From assembly GCA_035258345.1 (NCBI GenBank), contig DATEVU010000180.1, positions 1,912 to 65,911 of the forward strand: a stretch of 64,000 bases of DNA, given 5' to 3'. The notes under the pieces are model-generated. The model saw nothing but the letters and a program-made list of their open reading frames with translations, had not been told where the DNA came from and did not search any database. The DNA comes from Bacteroidales bacterium. GTDB lineage: Bacteria; Bacteroidota; Bacteroidia; Bacteroidales; UBA10428. This document shows positions 28,291 to 37,924 of this stretch, piece by piece (the stretch's first letter is position 1; each line of letters begins with the position of its first letter). Both the position numbers and the translations under genes were made by a program.

Positions 28291-28702
28291 TAAATCAAAG
28301 CACGATTTGCCGGCATATGGAACTGCTCATGCAGCCGGAATGGACCTGTATGCCAACCTGGATGAGCCGGTTACTTTAAGGCCGCTTGATAGGGCCCTTA
28401 TCAGCACAGGACTGTTTATTGAATTGCCTGTAGGATTCGAGGCCCAGATAAGACCAAGAAGCGGGTTAGCTGTAAAAAAAGGACTTACTGTGCTGAATAC
28501 CCCGGGGACTATTGATGCGGACTACCGGGGTGAAATAAAGGTGATATTGATAAATTTGTCTAATGAAACGTGTGTGATCAGTGATGGCGAAAGAATTTGT
28601 CAAATGGTCGTTGCGAGGCATGAGCAGGTTGAATGGATACCCGTTGAGGCATTGAATGCTACGGAACGGGGAGCGGGCGGTTTTGGACATACAGGTGTTT
28701 AA
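28271..28702 (+). CDS. dut: dUTP diphosphatase
   Basis: [37 protein letters not shown]. Confidence 0.95.
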   Translation: MKVKILSKSKHDLPAYGTAHAAGMDLYANLDEPVTLRPLDRALISTGLFIELPVGFEAQIRPRSGLAVKKGLTVLNTPGTIDADYRGEIKVILINLSNETCVISDGERICQMVVARHEQVEWIPVEALNATERGAGGFGHTGV

Positions 28703-28728
28703 TTAATTTATTATTATTCTGTTGGTTC

Positions 28729-30465
28729 ATGAGAAAATTTAGTATTTGTTTGATTTCGATAGTGTTATTAATATATAGTTTTAATACCACTTTTAGCCAG
28801 GAGACTCCGGATGTGGATAAAGGCGTTAGCAATAACCAGGAGCTTGAATTTTATTTTGCTTTTACCGAAGCAACAAAATTGTTTTTATTTGGAAATCTTA
28901 TACAGGCTGCAAGTTTGTATAACGAATGTCTGAAGTATCAGCCGGGGAATGCTGCTGTTCATTATCAGTTAGCGCAGATCTATTTGAAGGCGGGTGAGCT
29001 GAAAAGAGCAAGGCAACATGCTGTTAATGCTTATATACTTGAAAATACCAATAAATGGTATGCACTGGAATTGGCTGGTATTTACCGGCTTAACCAGCAA
29101 AATGACAGCGCCATTATCCTTTATGAAGAACAGTTAAGACAAAATCCGGATGATGTAGGGCTACTTTTTATGATGGCATCATTGCAAGAGCAGGAAGAAA
29201 ATTATGAAACCGCGCTGGCTTCATTGCAATTGGCCGAAGAGAAAATTGGTGTGGCCAAGGATATTTATGTTGGCAGATTCCGGATATTCAGATTATTAAA
29301 TGAGAATGATAAAGCGCTGAAGAATCTCAAATTAGCGCAACTGCTGGATGAAGAGGACTATAAACTCTGGGGTCTTATGGCTGAATATTACAGAACCGTT
29401 GATAATCCTGATTCTGCAAGGTTTTGCTATCATAAAATGTTGAATATTGCAGATAATAAAGATCCTACGCCTAAATTTTCATATGCAGAATTTTTGCTGG
29501 AAGAAAATTTAGCGGATAGCGCCGGTATTTATTTGAATGAGGTTATCCAAAACAAAGATATTGATATCGGGGATAAAGCCGGTTATATATACCGATTGAT
29601 TCAAAATACGGAGTTGTTCAACAACAGCAGGTCTATTCTGGATGAGCTTATCGAAGAATTTTTGATGTTGGGAAAAACTGACTTACGCGTGATGTCAATT
29701 TATGCCGATGTGGAATACAGGTTGAGAAATTACGACAAAAGTGCGGCCATGCTGAAGGAAATAGTCAGGATAGACAGAGGGAACCAGGCGGCCTGGGAGC
29801 AATTGTTGTTTTCTGAAAATTTTTTAGGTAATGTAGACAGCATCATATATTATGGAAATCAGGCTGTAATGGTATTGGAGAATCGTGCGGTGCCTTATTT
29901 ATTGCTCGGTTCGGCTTATTACCGTAAGAATGATAATACCGGGGCTATACAAGCACTCGGGAAAGGTTTGGAATTGGCAAAGGATAAGAGCCTTCAATTT
30001 GAATTCTATGCTCTTCTTGCTGAAAGTTATGTAAAAATAGAAAATCACGGGAAGTCAGATTTTTATTTTAACAAAGCCCTGGAAATTGATTTATGGAATA
30101 CTGGTGTACGTAACAATTATGCATATTACCTTTCATTAAGAAATGAGAATCTTCGGCTGGCGCGGGAATTAAGCAAGTTTACTGTCCGTAAGGAACCGGA
30201 TAACGCTACCTTTCTTGATACTTATGCCTGGGTCTTGTTCTGTTCAGGAAAAACCGGTCAGGCAAAGAAATATTTGGATATGGCTTTAAAGAACGGAGGC
30301 GGTAAAAATGGAGAGGTTTTGAAGCACTATGGGGATATTTTATACCGGTTGAAGGATTATAGAAATGCCCTTGACAATTGGAAGAAGGCACTTGAGACAG
30401 GTGATATAGATAAGCCGGAGGAGTTGATGGAAAAAATCAGGCAGCTGGAGGATAAATTGAAATAG
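28729..30465 (+). CDS. secreted tetratricopeptide-repeat protein
   Basis: Signal peptide and many TPR-like 34-mers, e.g. AASLYNECLKYQPGNAAVHYQLAQIYLKAGELKRA. Confidence 0.8.
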   Translation: MRKFSICLISIVLLIYSFNTTFSQETPDVDKGVSNNQELEFYFAFTEATKLFLFGNLIQAASLYNECLKYQPGNAAVHYQLAQIYLKAGELKRARQHAVNAYILENTNKWYALELAGIYRLNQQNDSAIILYEEQLRQNPDDVGLLFMMASLQEQEENYETALASLQLAEEKIGVAKDIYVGRFRIFRLLNENDKALKNLKLAQLLDEEDYKLWGLMAEYYRTVDNPDSARFCYHKMLNIADNKDPTPKFSYAEFLLEENLADSAGIYLNEVIQNKDIDIGDKAGYIYRLIQNTELFNNSRSILDELIEEFLMLGKTDLRVMSIYADVEYRLRNYDKSAAMLKEIVRIDRGNQAAWEQLLFSENFLGNVDSIIYYGNQAVMVLENRAVPYLLLGSAYYRKNDNTGAIQALGKGLELAKDKSLQFEFYALLAESYVKIENHGKSDFYFNKALEIDLWNTGVRNNYAYYLSLRNENLRLARELSKFTVRKEPDNATFLDTYAWVLFCSGKTGQAKKYLDMALKNGGGKNGEVLKHYGDILYRLKDYRNALDNWKKALETGDIDKPEELMEKIRQLEDKLK

Positions 30466-30472
30466 GCAGTTT

Positions 30473-31669
30473 ATGATGATGAGGAGAACATTACTAGTGC
30501 TGTTGTATGTTGGATTGCTATCCTGGAATGGATTTGGTCAGGATTCTGTGGATAAAATCAGGAAGGAGCGTGAGAAAGCACTAAGGGAAATTGATTATTC
30601 CAATAAATTGCTTAATGAAACAATTGGAAAAACAAAAGAATCACTCAATGAGATCAATATTATTAACCACAAATTAAAGAAGAGACGAGATTATTTGAAT
30701 GGTCTGGAGCTTGAAGTTAATGTTTTGTCGGAAATAATTGATGAAAATTCGATTACCGTAAACGAAGTTAAAAAGGAAATAAGCAGGTTACAAGATATTT
30801 ATGCAAGTATAATTGTTAGCCTGTATAAAAAACGTAGTAATAATTACTATATCATGTATTTTTTGGCTTCTGAGAATATAAATCAATTGTATAAACGGAT
30901 TCGTTTTATCCGGATTTATAATAATTATTTAAAAAATCAGACTGCAAGGCTGGCTGAAATGGAGGATGAACTTATTACTAAAAACGAGGAGTTGAACAAG
31001 CTTGTTCTTGAGAAAAACTCGCTTATGGGAAGAACGAGACTGGAGAGCGCTGTAATTGCACAGGAGGTGGAAAGGAAGAGAAGAATTGTTCAGGATCTTA
31101 AGAAAAAGGAGAATGAAATTAAGAATGAAATTAGGGAGAAAGAAAAGACAGCAAGGAAGCTCGAAAATGAGTTGAAAAAAATTATTGCTGAAGAAAGGGC
31201 CAGGATTAAAAAAACAAATGCAAAGGAGAATTATACGCCTGAAGAACGAATAATTTCAAGTGATTTCGAGAAGAATAAAGGGCGGTTGCCCTGGCCGACA
31301 CAACAGGGAATCATTACAGGGCAATATGGTGAGCATGATCATCCTGATTATAAATCTGTTAAAATCAGAAACGATGGTGTTTATATTGCAACTACTTCGG
31401 GAGAGTTGGCCAGGACTATTTTTAAAGGAGTTGTTTCGCGGGTGTTTGCCATACCCGGTGAGAATTATACTGTGATCATTAAGCATGGTAATTACTACAC
31501 GCTTTACCATAATCTGGTGAATGTAAGGGTGAAAGCTGGACAAAATGTTGAAATTAAGGAAATATTGGGTAATGTATTTACGAATGTTAAAACAAAGGAG
31601 ACTACGTTGTATTTTCAGGTATGGAAGGAAACCGAACGAAGTGATCCGGAATTATGGCTTGTTCATTAA
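30473..31669 (+). CDS. EnvC-like murein hydrolase activator / M23 peptidase-family protein
   Basis: Signal peptide and a long coiled coil. The C-terminal LytM-type block is LPWPTQQGIITGQYGEH...GVYIAT...IIKHGNYYTLYHNL. Confidence 0.85.
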   Translation: MMMRRTLLVLLYVGLLSWNGFGQDSVDKIRKEREKALREIDYSNKLLNETIGKTKESLNEINIINHKLKKRRDYLNGLELEVNVLSEIIDENSITVNEVKKEISRLQDIYASIIVSLYKKRSNNYYIMYFLASENINQLYKRIRFIRIYNNYLKNQTARLAEMEDELITKNEELNKLVLEKNSLMGRTRLESAVIAQEVERKRRIVQDLKKKENEIKNEIREKEKTARKLENELKKIIAEERARIKKTNAKENYTPEERIISSDFEKNKGRLPWPTQQGIITGQYGEHDHPDYKSVKIRNDGVYIATTSGELARTIFKGVVSRVFAIPGENYTVIIKHGNYYTLYHNLVNVRVKAGQNVEIKEILGNVFTNVKTKETTLYFQVWKETERSDPELWLVH

Positions 31670-31775
31670 TTGTAAAAACGTAATTTTTTAGTATTTTAGC
31701 ATAATTATTGGGAAAAAGAGAAACAAAACAGTGTTTATTTCAGTATATTAATCGGTAAATGAAATAAGAAATATA

Positions 31776-32174
31776 ATGGAAAAGTACCTGAAAATAAACT
31801 CAAAAATTGAGAATTTAAGAAAGGTTGAAAAGTTAGTAGATGAATTATCCGCTTAACACAGTATCAGTGCCGATATCTATGGAAACATACTTATTACTGC
31901 ATTAGAGGCTGCCAATAATGCAATTTTGCACGGCAATAAGCTTGACGAAAATAAGAATGTGATCATAACGGTTCGAATTGAAGAGAAGAAGCTGCTTATT
32001 AAAATTGAAGATGAGGGTAATGGTTTTGATTACAAAAATGTTCCTGATCCAACTGCACCTGAAAATATTGAAAATGTGAATGGTAGAGGTATTTTTCTTA
32101 TGGAGAAATTATCAGATCAGATCGAATTTACAAGAAACGGGGCTACGGTTGAGTTGGAATTTAATTTAAAGTAG
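31776..32174 (+). pseudogene. RsbW/SiaB-like anti-sigma regulatory factor (serine-kinase, HATPase_c_2) interrupted by an in-frame TAA
   Basis: ATG 31776 gives MEKYLKINSKIENLRKVEKLVDELSA, then TAA at 31854-31856. The same frame continues HSISADIYGNILITALEAANNAILHGNKLDENKNVIITV...EDEGNGFD...NGRGIFLMEKLSD. The track ORF 31926..32174 is exactly 150 nt downstream of ATG 31776, so it is in frame. Confidence 0.7.
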
Positions 32175-32177
32175 ACG

Positions 32178-32630
32178 TTGAAAGTAAGCTTTAATTATCT
32201 GGATACAGATAAAAGACCAATATTAGGCGCAAAAGCAAGAAAACTTATACAAACCGTTTTATTTACAGAAGGAAAGAAGTTAGGCGAAATTAATTTTATC
32301 TTTACATCCAACAAAGCTGTTTTGGAAATTAATAAGAATTATCTGAAACATAATTACTTCACTGATGTTATTACTTTCAATAACAGTGTAAAGTATCGTA
32401 TCAGCGGGGATATTTATATCAGCATAGATCAGGTAGTGATAAATGCGGCTCATTTTAAGGTAAGCATTGGGGAAGAGCTTGCGAGGGTTATGATCCATGG
32501 TGTTTTACACCTGATTGGCTATACGGATGATAAAAGGATAGCCAGGGAAGGAATGCGGGCAAGGGAAGATTTTTTTATAAGTAAAGGAGTGGAGTTGGAT
32601 CTCTTTTCAGGTAATGAATTTAAGTTATAA
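32178..32630 (+). CDS. ybeY: rRNA maturation RNase YbeY
   Basis: GEINFIFTSNKAVLEINKNYLKHNYFTDVITF...MIHGVLHLIGYTD. TTG start. Confidence 0.85.
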   Translation: MKVSFNYLDTDKRPILGAKARKLIQTVLFTEGKKLGEINFIFTSNKAVLEINKNYLKHNYFTDVITFNNSVKYRISGDIYISIDQVVINAAHFKVSIGEELARVMIHGVLHLIGYTDDKRIAREGMRAREDFFISKGVELDLFSGNEFKL

Positions 32631-34485
32631 TATTATTGTTGTTGGCGCAGGCCATGCTGGTTGTGAAGCTGCCATGGCAGCTGCTAATCTTGGTGCTAAG
32701 GTACTGTTGATCACCATGGACATGACCAAAATGGCACAGATGTCATGTAATCCGGCCATGGGTGGGATTGCAAAAGGGCAGATCGTTCGTGAGATTGATG
32801 CGTTAGGAGGCCAGTCAGGGATTGTTACGGATTTGAGCATGATCCAGTTCAGGATGTTGAACCGTTCCAAAGGGCCAGCCGTATGGAGCCCTAGGGCGCA
32901 ATGTGACAGGACTCTCTTTACGCTTGAGTGGCGGAAGATTATAGAAAGCAACCGGAATATTGATGTATGGCAGGACAGTGTTGTTGACCTGGATGTTTCA
33001 AATGGAAGGGTAGTAGGTGTTGGGACTAGAATGAGCGTTCGTTTTCTTGCAGAAGCTGTTATACTTACCGTAGGAACATTCGGAAACGGACTGATGCATA
33101 TTGGCAGGGTTCAAATGTCGGGAGGAAGGATAGGTGAAAAATTTTCACAGGGTATTACTGAGAAACTACAGGAATATGGTATTGAAGCTGGACGACTAAA
33201 AACAGGTACTCCGGCGAGGCTTGACGGACGAACCATTGATTTTGGTGTTTTAGCGGAGCAAAAGGGTGATGATGAAATACGAAGATTTTCTTTTCTGGAA
33301 ACAACATTACCGGAAAGGCAATTAAGCTGTTATATTGCATTTACAAACCAGGAAGTTCATGATGTATTGCGGGAGGGTTTTGGTGATTCACCCTTGTATG
33401 GCGGGATTATTGAGGGCATCGGTCCAAGGTATTGCCCAAGCATTGAAGACAAAATAGTGACATTTGCCAGTAAGGAAAGCCACCAGTTATTTCTGGAGCC
33501 AGAAGGGTGGAATACAAACGAATATTATATTAACGGATTCTCTTCGTCATTGCCACTGGATGTTCAGTTCAAGGCGTTACGGAAAATTGTCGGGCTGGAG
33601 CACGTTAAAATTTACCGGCCTGGCTATGCAATCGAATACGATTATTATCTGCCTACCCAGCTTTTTCACAGTTTGGAAACGAAAAAGATTGAAAACCTTT
33701 TTTTTGCCGGACAAATAAATGGTACAACAGGATATGAGGAAGCTGCTGCCCAGGGTCTGATGGCCGGGATAAATGCTTTCAGGAAAATAAACGGTGAGAA
33801 TGCTTTGGTCCTGAAAAGGGATGAGGCCTATATCGGTGTTTTGATCGATGATCTTGTGACAAAGGGTGTGGATGAACCATACAGGATGTTTACATCAAGG
33901 GCCGAATACAGGGTTCTGTTACGGCAGGATAATGCGGATGAAAGGCTTACTGATATTGGTATAGAAAAAGGACTGGTAAAGGAAGACAGGAAGAAAATCT
34001 ATTTGCAAAAGAAAAATGAACGGAAAGCCATACTTGATTTTTTTAGAGGTGAAAGTATTTCCCCGGAACAAATTAATCCATTCCTTACACAGAAAGGATC
34101 TTCTGAAATACGTCAGAAAGTAAAACTGTATGAAATTTTACTCCGGCCTGAAATTACTTGTTTTGAGCTACTGCAAGCCACAGGCGGGGATAATCGCATG
34201 CCTGGATCAAATGCTTACTATACCAGGGAGTTGCTGGAGTCGATTGAAGTTGAGTTAAAGTATAAAGGATATATTGAAAGAGACCGGTTACTGGCAGACA
34301 AAGTTGGCCGCCTGGATGGTATACGGATAATGGAGAATATTGATTTTGATTCCTTATTGTCCATTTCAACGGAGGGACGGCAGAAATTAAAGCGCTATAA
34401 GCCAGGAACGATAGGTCAGGCAGCTAGAATATCAGGCGTTTCCCCAAGCGATATAAATGTATTATTGTTGTACATGGGCAGATAG
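32614..34485 (+). CDS. mnmG: tRNA uridine-5-carboxymethylaminomethyl synthesis enzyme MnmG
   Basis: YNIIVVGAGHAGCEAA...SCNPAMGGIAKGQIVREIDALGG...GPRYCPSIEDK...FFAGQINGTTGYEEAAAQG. Confidence 0.95.
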   Translation: MNLSYNIIVVGAGHAGCEAAMAAANLGAKVLLITMDMTKMAQMSCNPAMGGIAKGQIVREIDALGGQSGIVTDLSMIQFRMLNRSKGPAVWSPRAQCDRTLFTLEWRKIIESNRNIDVWQDSVVDLDVSNGRVVGVGTRMSVRFLAEAVILTVGTFGNGLMHIGRVQMSGGRIGEKFSQGITEKLQEYGIEAGRLKTGTPARLDGRTIDFGVLAEQKGDDEIRRFSFLETTLPERQLSCYIAFTNQEVHDVLREGFGDSPLYGGIIEGIGPRYCPSIEDKIVTFASKESHQLFLEPEGWNTNEYYINGFSSSLPLDVQFKALRKIVGLEHVKIYRPGYAIEYDYYLPTQLFHSLETKKIENLFFAGQINGTTGYEEAAAQGLMAGINAFRKINGENALVLKRDEAYIGVLIDDLVTKGVDEPYRMFTSRAEYRVLLRQDNADERLTDIGIEKGLVKEDRKKIYLQKKNERKAILDFFRGESISPEQINPFLTQKGSSEIRQKVKLYEILLRPEITCFELLQATGGDNRMPGSNAYYTRELLESIEVELKYKGYIERDRLLADKVGRLDGIRIMENIDFDSLLSISTEGRQKLKRYKPGTIGQAARISGVSPSDINVLLLYMGR

Positions 34486-34509
34486 TATTAGTAATATTCT
34501 TGTTATGAT

Positions 34510-34525
34510 TGTTCCACGTGGAACA
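34510..34525. promoter_or_regulatory. perfect 16-bp palindrome TGTTCCACGTGGAACA in the mnmG-uvrC spacer
   Basis: Read directly. It lies 20 nt upstream of the uvrC ATG and 24 nt after the mnmG stop. Confidence 0.5.
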
Positions 34526-34545
34526 TTCTTACCATTTTTTCATTC

Positions 34546-36366
34546 ATGGCCTTGGTAGATTCCATATCGGACAAGCTAAAACAACTTCCGGAAAAGCCCG
34601 GGGTTTATCAATTCTATAATGATTCAGGAGATTTACTCTATATCGGGAAAGCAAAAAATATAAAAAAGAGAGTATCTACCTATTTTGGAAAATCCAATAC
34701 ACAGTCGTATAAGCACGGAGTACTGGTCAAAAAGATCAGGGATATTAATTATGTGCTCGTTGAAAACGAATCTGATGCATTGCTGCTGGAGAATAATCTG
34801 ATAAAGGAGTACCAGCCGAGATACAATGTATTGCTCAAAGATGACAAAACTTTTCCCTGGATATGCATTAAGAAAGAAAGATTTCCTCGTGTACTGTCGA
34901 CACGGAATTACATTCAGGACGGTTCGGAGTATTTTGGTCCCTATACCTCCGGAATTATGGTCAAAACAATTCTCGATCTGATCAGGCAATTGTACAAATT
35001 GAGAACCTGCAAATTTGTTCTGAGTGCGGAGAATATTGAAAAAAAGAAATACAGGCGTTGCCTGGAGTTTCACCTGGGTAATTGCAGGGCACCATGTGAG
35101 GACCTTCAGACGGAGGAGGAATATAACCTGACTATTGATCAGATCCGTGAAATACTCAGGGGAAATTATAATGAGGTTATCCAGTACCTGCGGCAAATGA
35201 TGAAAAACCTTGCTTCAAAATATTTATTTGAGGAAGCTGAAATTGTCAGGTTGAAACTTGAAGCCCTCGAAAAATTTAAGAGCAAATCAACCATAGTTAA
35301 TCCAAGGATTAGCAATGTAGATGTTTTCAGCATTATTGATGAAGAGCATTTTGCGTATGTAAATTTCCTTAAAGTAGTGAATGGGGCGATAGTTCAGGCC
35401 CATAATGTAGAGGTTGTAAAACGCACCGTTGAAATTAAAGAAGATTTGCTGGCGTATGTAATATTTGAACTTCGGGAAAGGTTCAACAGCAACGCAAAGG
35501 AAATTGTTGTGCCATTTCCGTTGCAATTAAATATACAAAACCTTAATTTTTCAATACCGTTAAGGGGAGAAAAGAAAAAGCTCCTGGAATTATCAGAGAG
35601 AAATGCTGCATCATACAGAAAGGATAAAATAACTGTCAGGGAGGCAGATGATAAACCCAGGCACGGTGAAATCTATCTGACGGCATTGATGAATGATTTG
35701 AAACTGAAAACATTACCAAAGGTAATTGAGTGTTTTGATAATTCAAACCTGCAGGGCAGCAACCCGGTTTCGGCTTGCGTTGTTTTCAGGAATGGCAAAC
35801 CCAGTAAATCAGATTACAGACATTATAATATAAAAACAGTAACCGGCCAGAATGATTTTGCTTCCATGGAGGAAGTATTGTGGCGCCGTTACCGGAGAAC
35901 GTTGGATGAAAACATGCCTTTGCCCGATTTGATTATTATTGACGGAGGAAAAGGACAATTGCATGCCGCACGACAGAGCCTGGATAAGTTGGGAATTGCC
36001 GATAGGGTTGCAATAATCGGCATTGCAAAACGCCTGGAGGAAATTTATATTCCGGGTGACCAGGTACCGCTCTACCTGGATAAAAACTCTCCTGCATTGC
36101 GCCTTATTCAGCGTTTGCGTGATGAAGCCCATCGTTTTGGTATTACTTTTCATAGGAAAAAACGGTCGGATACCATGTTGGGATCAGCGTTGGATGGTAT
36201 AAAGGGTATCGGAGAGGCTTCCCGTGAGAAAATTTTGCAAGGCGTAAAAGATGTCGGCGCTTTACCGGAAATGAGTCTGGAGGAATTGACAAAAGTTGCC
36301 GGGAAGCGTGCTGCTGGGATTATCTTTGAATATTATAATCCGGTGCACGAAAATACAAAACGTTAG
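34546..36366 (+). CDS. uvrC: excinuclease ABC subunit C
   Basis: GIY-YIG start PGVYQFYNDSGDLLYIGKAKNIKKRVSTYF, a UVR motif region and a C-terminal HhH (GIKGIGEASREKIL). Confidence 0.95.
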   Translation: MALVDSISDKLKQLPEKPGVYQFYNDSGDLLYIGKAKNIKKRVSTYFGKSNTQSYKHGVLVKKIRDINYVLVENESDALLLENNLIKEYQPRYNVLLKDDKTFPWICIKKERFPRVLSTRNYIQDGSEYFGPYTSGIMVKTILDLIRQLYKLRTCKFVLSAENIEKKKYRRCLEFHLGNCRAPCEDLQTEEEYNLTIDQIREILRGNYNEVIQYLRQMMKNLASKYLFEEAEIVRLKLEALEKFKSKSTIVNPRISNVDVFSIIDEEHFAYVNFLKVVNGAIVQAHNVEVVKRTVEIKEDLLAYVIFELRERFNSNAKEIVVPFPLQLNIQNLNFSIPLRGEKKKLLELSERNAASYRKDKITVREADDKPRHGEIYLTALMNDLKLKTLPKVIECFDNSNLQGSNPVSACVVFRNGKPSKSDYRHYNIKTVTGQNDFASMEEVLWRRYRRTLDENMPLPDLIIIDGGKGQLHAARQSLDKLGIADRVAIIGIAKRLEEIYIPGDQVPLYLDKNSPALRLIQRLRDEAHRFGITFHRKKRSDTMLGSALDGIKGIGEASREKILQGVKDVGALPEMSLEELTKVAGKRAAGIIFEYYNPVHENTKR

Positions 36367-36390
36367 AATACGAAATTGCTTTACAAAATT

Positions 36391-37365
36391 TTACTTGTTC
36401 CGTGCAATGGTGTAAGAAGCAAATTGTTTCAACGATTCTTTGGTTTCACCTTCCGGAAATTCCTCAAGAATCTGAAGGGCGCGCGCCACATATTCATTCA
36501 TTTGCCGGTCGGCATACGCCATACCGCCTTGATATTCAACAAAATCCAATACCTCACGAAAGGTACCGGAACTTTTTCCAGGTTTGTGCATCAATCGGAG
36601 AATTTTCTTTTTTTCTGCCGGCTCAGACTGTTCCAACGCATGAATAAGTGGCAGGGTCAGCTTTTTTTCTTTCAGATCGTTGCCCAGGGGTTTTCCGGCA
36701 AAGCTATGAGGTTGATAATCAAGTAAATCATCTTTTATTTGAAAGGCAATCCCCAATAATTCACCAAATCGCTGCATTTTCGTCACCGTTTCTTCCGGCA
36801 TCCCAACGGATTTAGCACCGCAGGCGCTACAGCAGGAGATCAGGGTGGCCGTTTTTTTCCGGATGATTTCAAAATATTCTTCCTGTGATATATAAAGCTT
36901 TCGGGAATTACGGATCTGGAGCAATTCACCTTCACTCATCTCTCTTACTGCGTCTGCAACAATATTCAGCAATTCATATTCCCTTTTATTCACGGTCAGG
37001 AGCAATCCTTTGGCAAGTAAATAATCTCCAACAAGAACCGACACTTTGGATTTCCATAGGGCATTGATAGAAAAGAAGCCCCTGCGTTCAAAGCTGTCAT
37101 CCACAACATCGTCATGAATCAGGGTGGCTGTATGCATTATTTCAATAAGGGCTGCAGCCGTGAAGGTCGATTCACTTGGTTTTCCAAGCATTTTAGCCGA
37201 CAGGAAAACAAGGATTGGCCGCATTTGTTTGCCCTTGCGCCGTAACAAATAGCGCATGACGAAATTTAACAATGGGACCTCTGTTTTCATCAAATCCCTG
37301 AAAAAGGTATCAAATTGGGTTAATTCCTGGGTGATGGGCTTTCGAATCTGATCAAGTCCTGCCAT
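36391..37365 (-). CDS. long-chain polyprenyl diphosphate synthase (IspB-like)
   Basis: GKQMRPILVFL...ATLIHDDVVDDSFERRG...AFQIKDDLLDY. ATG 37365 (MAGLDQIRKPI...) is preferred to the TTG at 37425. Confidence 0.85.
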   Translation of the reverse strand: MAGLDQIRKPITQELTQFDTFFRDLMKTEVPLLNFVMRYLLRRKGKQMRPILVFLSAKMLGKPSESTFTAAALIEIMHTATLIHDDVVDDSFERRGFFSINALWKSKVSVLVGDYLLAKGLLLTVNKREYELLNIVADAVREMSEGELLQIRNSRKLYISQEEYFEIIRKKTATLISCCSACGAKSVGMPEETVTKMQRFGELLGIAFQIKDDLLDYQPHSFAGKPLGNDLKEKKLTLPLIHALEQSEPAEKKKILRLMHKPGKSSGTFREVLDFVEYQGGMAYADRQMNEYVARALQILEEFPEGETKESLKQFASYTIARNK

Positions 37366-37502
37366 GTTTGTATAAATAAGTTTCAAAGGTAGTAATAATC
37401 CTGTTTTCTTTTGTTTTGAGGCCAAAGGGATAAACGGGAATCAGTTGGTATTACAAGTTGCTCACCGGACAAAATTTTGAAAAATTAAAGACCTGAGTTA
37501 AG

Positions 37503-37540
37503 ATATATTTATATATTTGCATATATTTCATATATATTTG
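37503..37540. repeat. four ~10-bp-phased copies of ATATATTT, two of them forming TATATTTG (-7-like) motifs
   Basis: Copies at 37503-10, 37511-18, 37521-28 and 37533-40, about 80-110 nt upstream of the ArsR-family gene. Confidence 0.6.
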
Positions 37541-37615
37541 TTAGTATAGAAACGCAATAATAATCAATTTTTAATCACATATTCATTTTCAATTAAACTG
37601 TAAAGCACACGCAAC

Positions 37616-37912
37616 ATGAAGTTTGAAGGTTTAACCGCAGAACAGCTCGAGAAGGCAGCAGGTATACTGAAGGCCATCGCACACCCTATGAGAATTGCCA
37701 TCCTCAAATACCTCGACGGCGGAAAGCAGCTCACCGTTACTGAAATTCACGAATATTTAAGAATTGAGCAATCCACTACGTCGCATCACCTGGGAATATT
37801 GAAAGATAAAGGTGTGCTGGGATCCAAGCGGGACGGAAAAAATACCTACTACTTCATAAAGGACGAAAACCTTAGCAATGTTATCGAATGTGTTAATAAA
37901 TGCGCATGTTAG
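37616..37912 (+). CDS. ArsR/SmtB-family transcriptional regulator
   Basis: LKAIAHPMRIAILKYLDGGKQLTVTEIHEYLRIEQSTTSHHLGILKDKGVL. There is no alpha-3 CxC motif. The C-terminal Cys cluster is ECVNKCAC. Confidence 0.85.
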   Translation: MKFEGLTAEQLEKAAGILKAIAHPMRIAILKYLDGGKQLTVTEIHEYLRIEQSTTSHHLGILKDKGVLGSKRDGKNTYYFIKDENLSNVIECVNKCAC

Positions 37913-37924
37913 AAGAATGCAGCA

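Noticed and set aside
20100-36390. Impression of a lower-GC block (nadA to uvrC) that might indicate a chimeric contig or a horizontally acquired segment
   Set aside because: I hand-counted GC on single 60-nt lines. Inside the block the values were heterogeneous: 32-37% in nadA, ruvB, flippase, TPR and uvrC lines, but 45% in mnmG, 48% in the PPIase and 60% in pheS. Outside the block they were equally scattered (35-58%). All genes in the block are core housekeeping genes, and no mobility genes flank it. A sliding-window GC/GC3 and tetranucleotide analysis would settle it, but I cannot support the claim.
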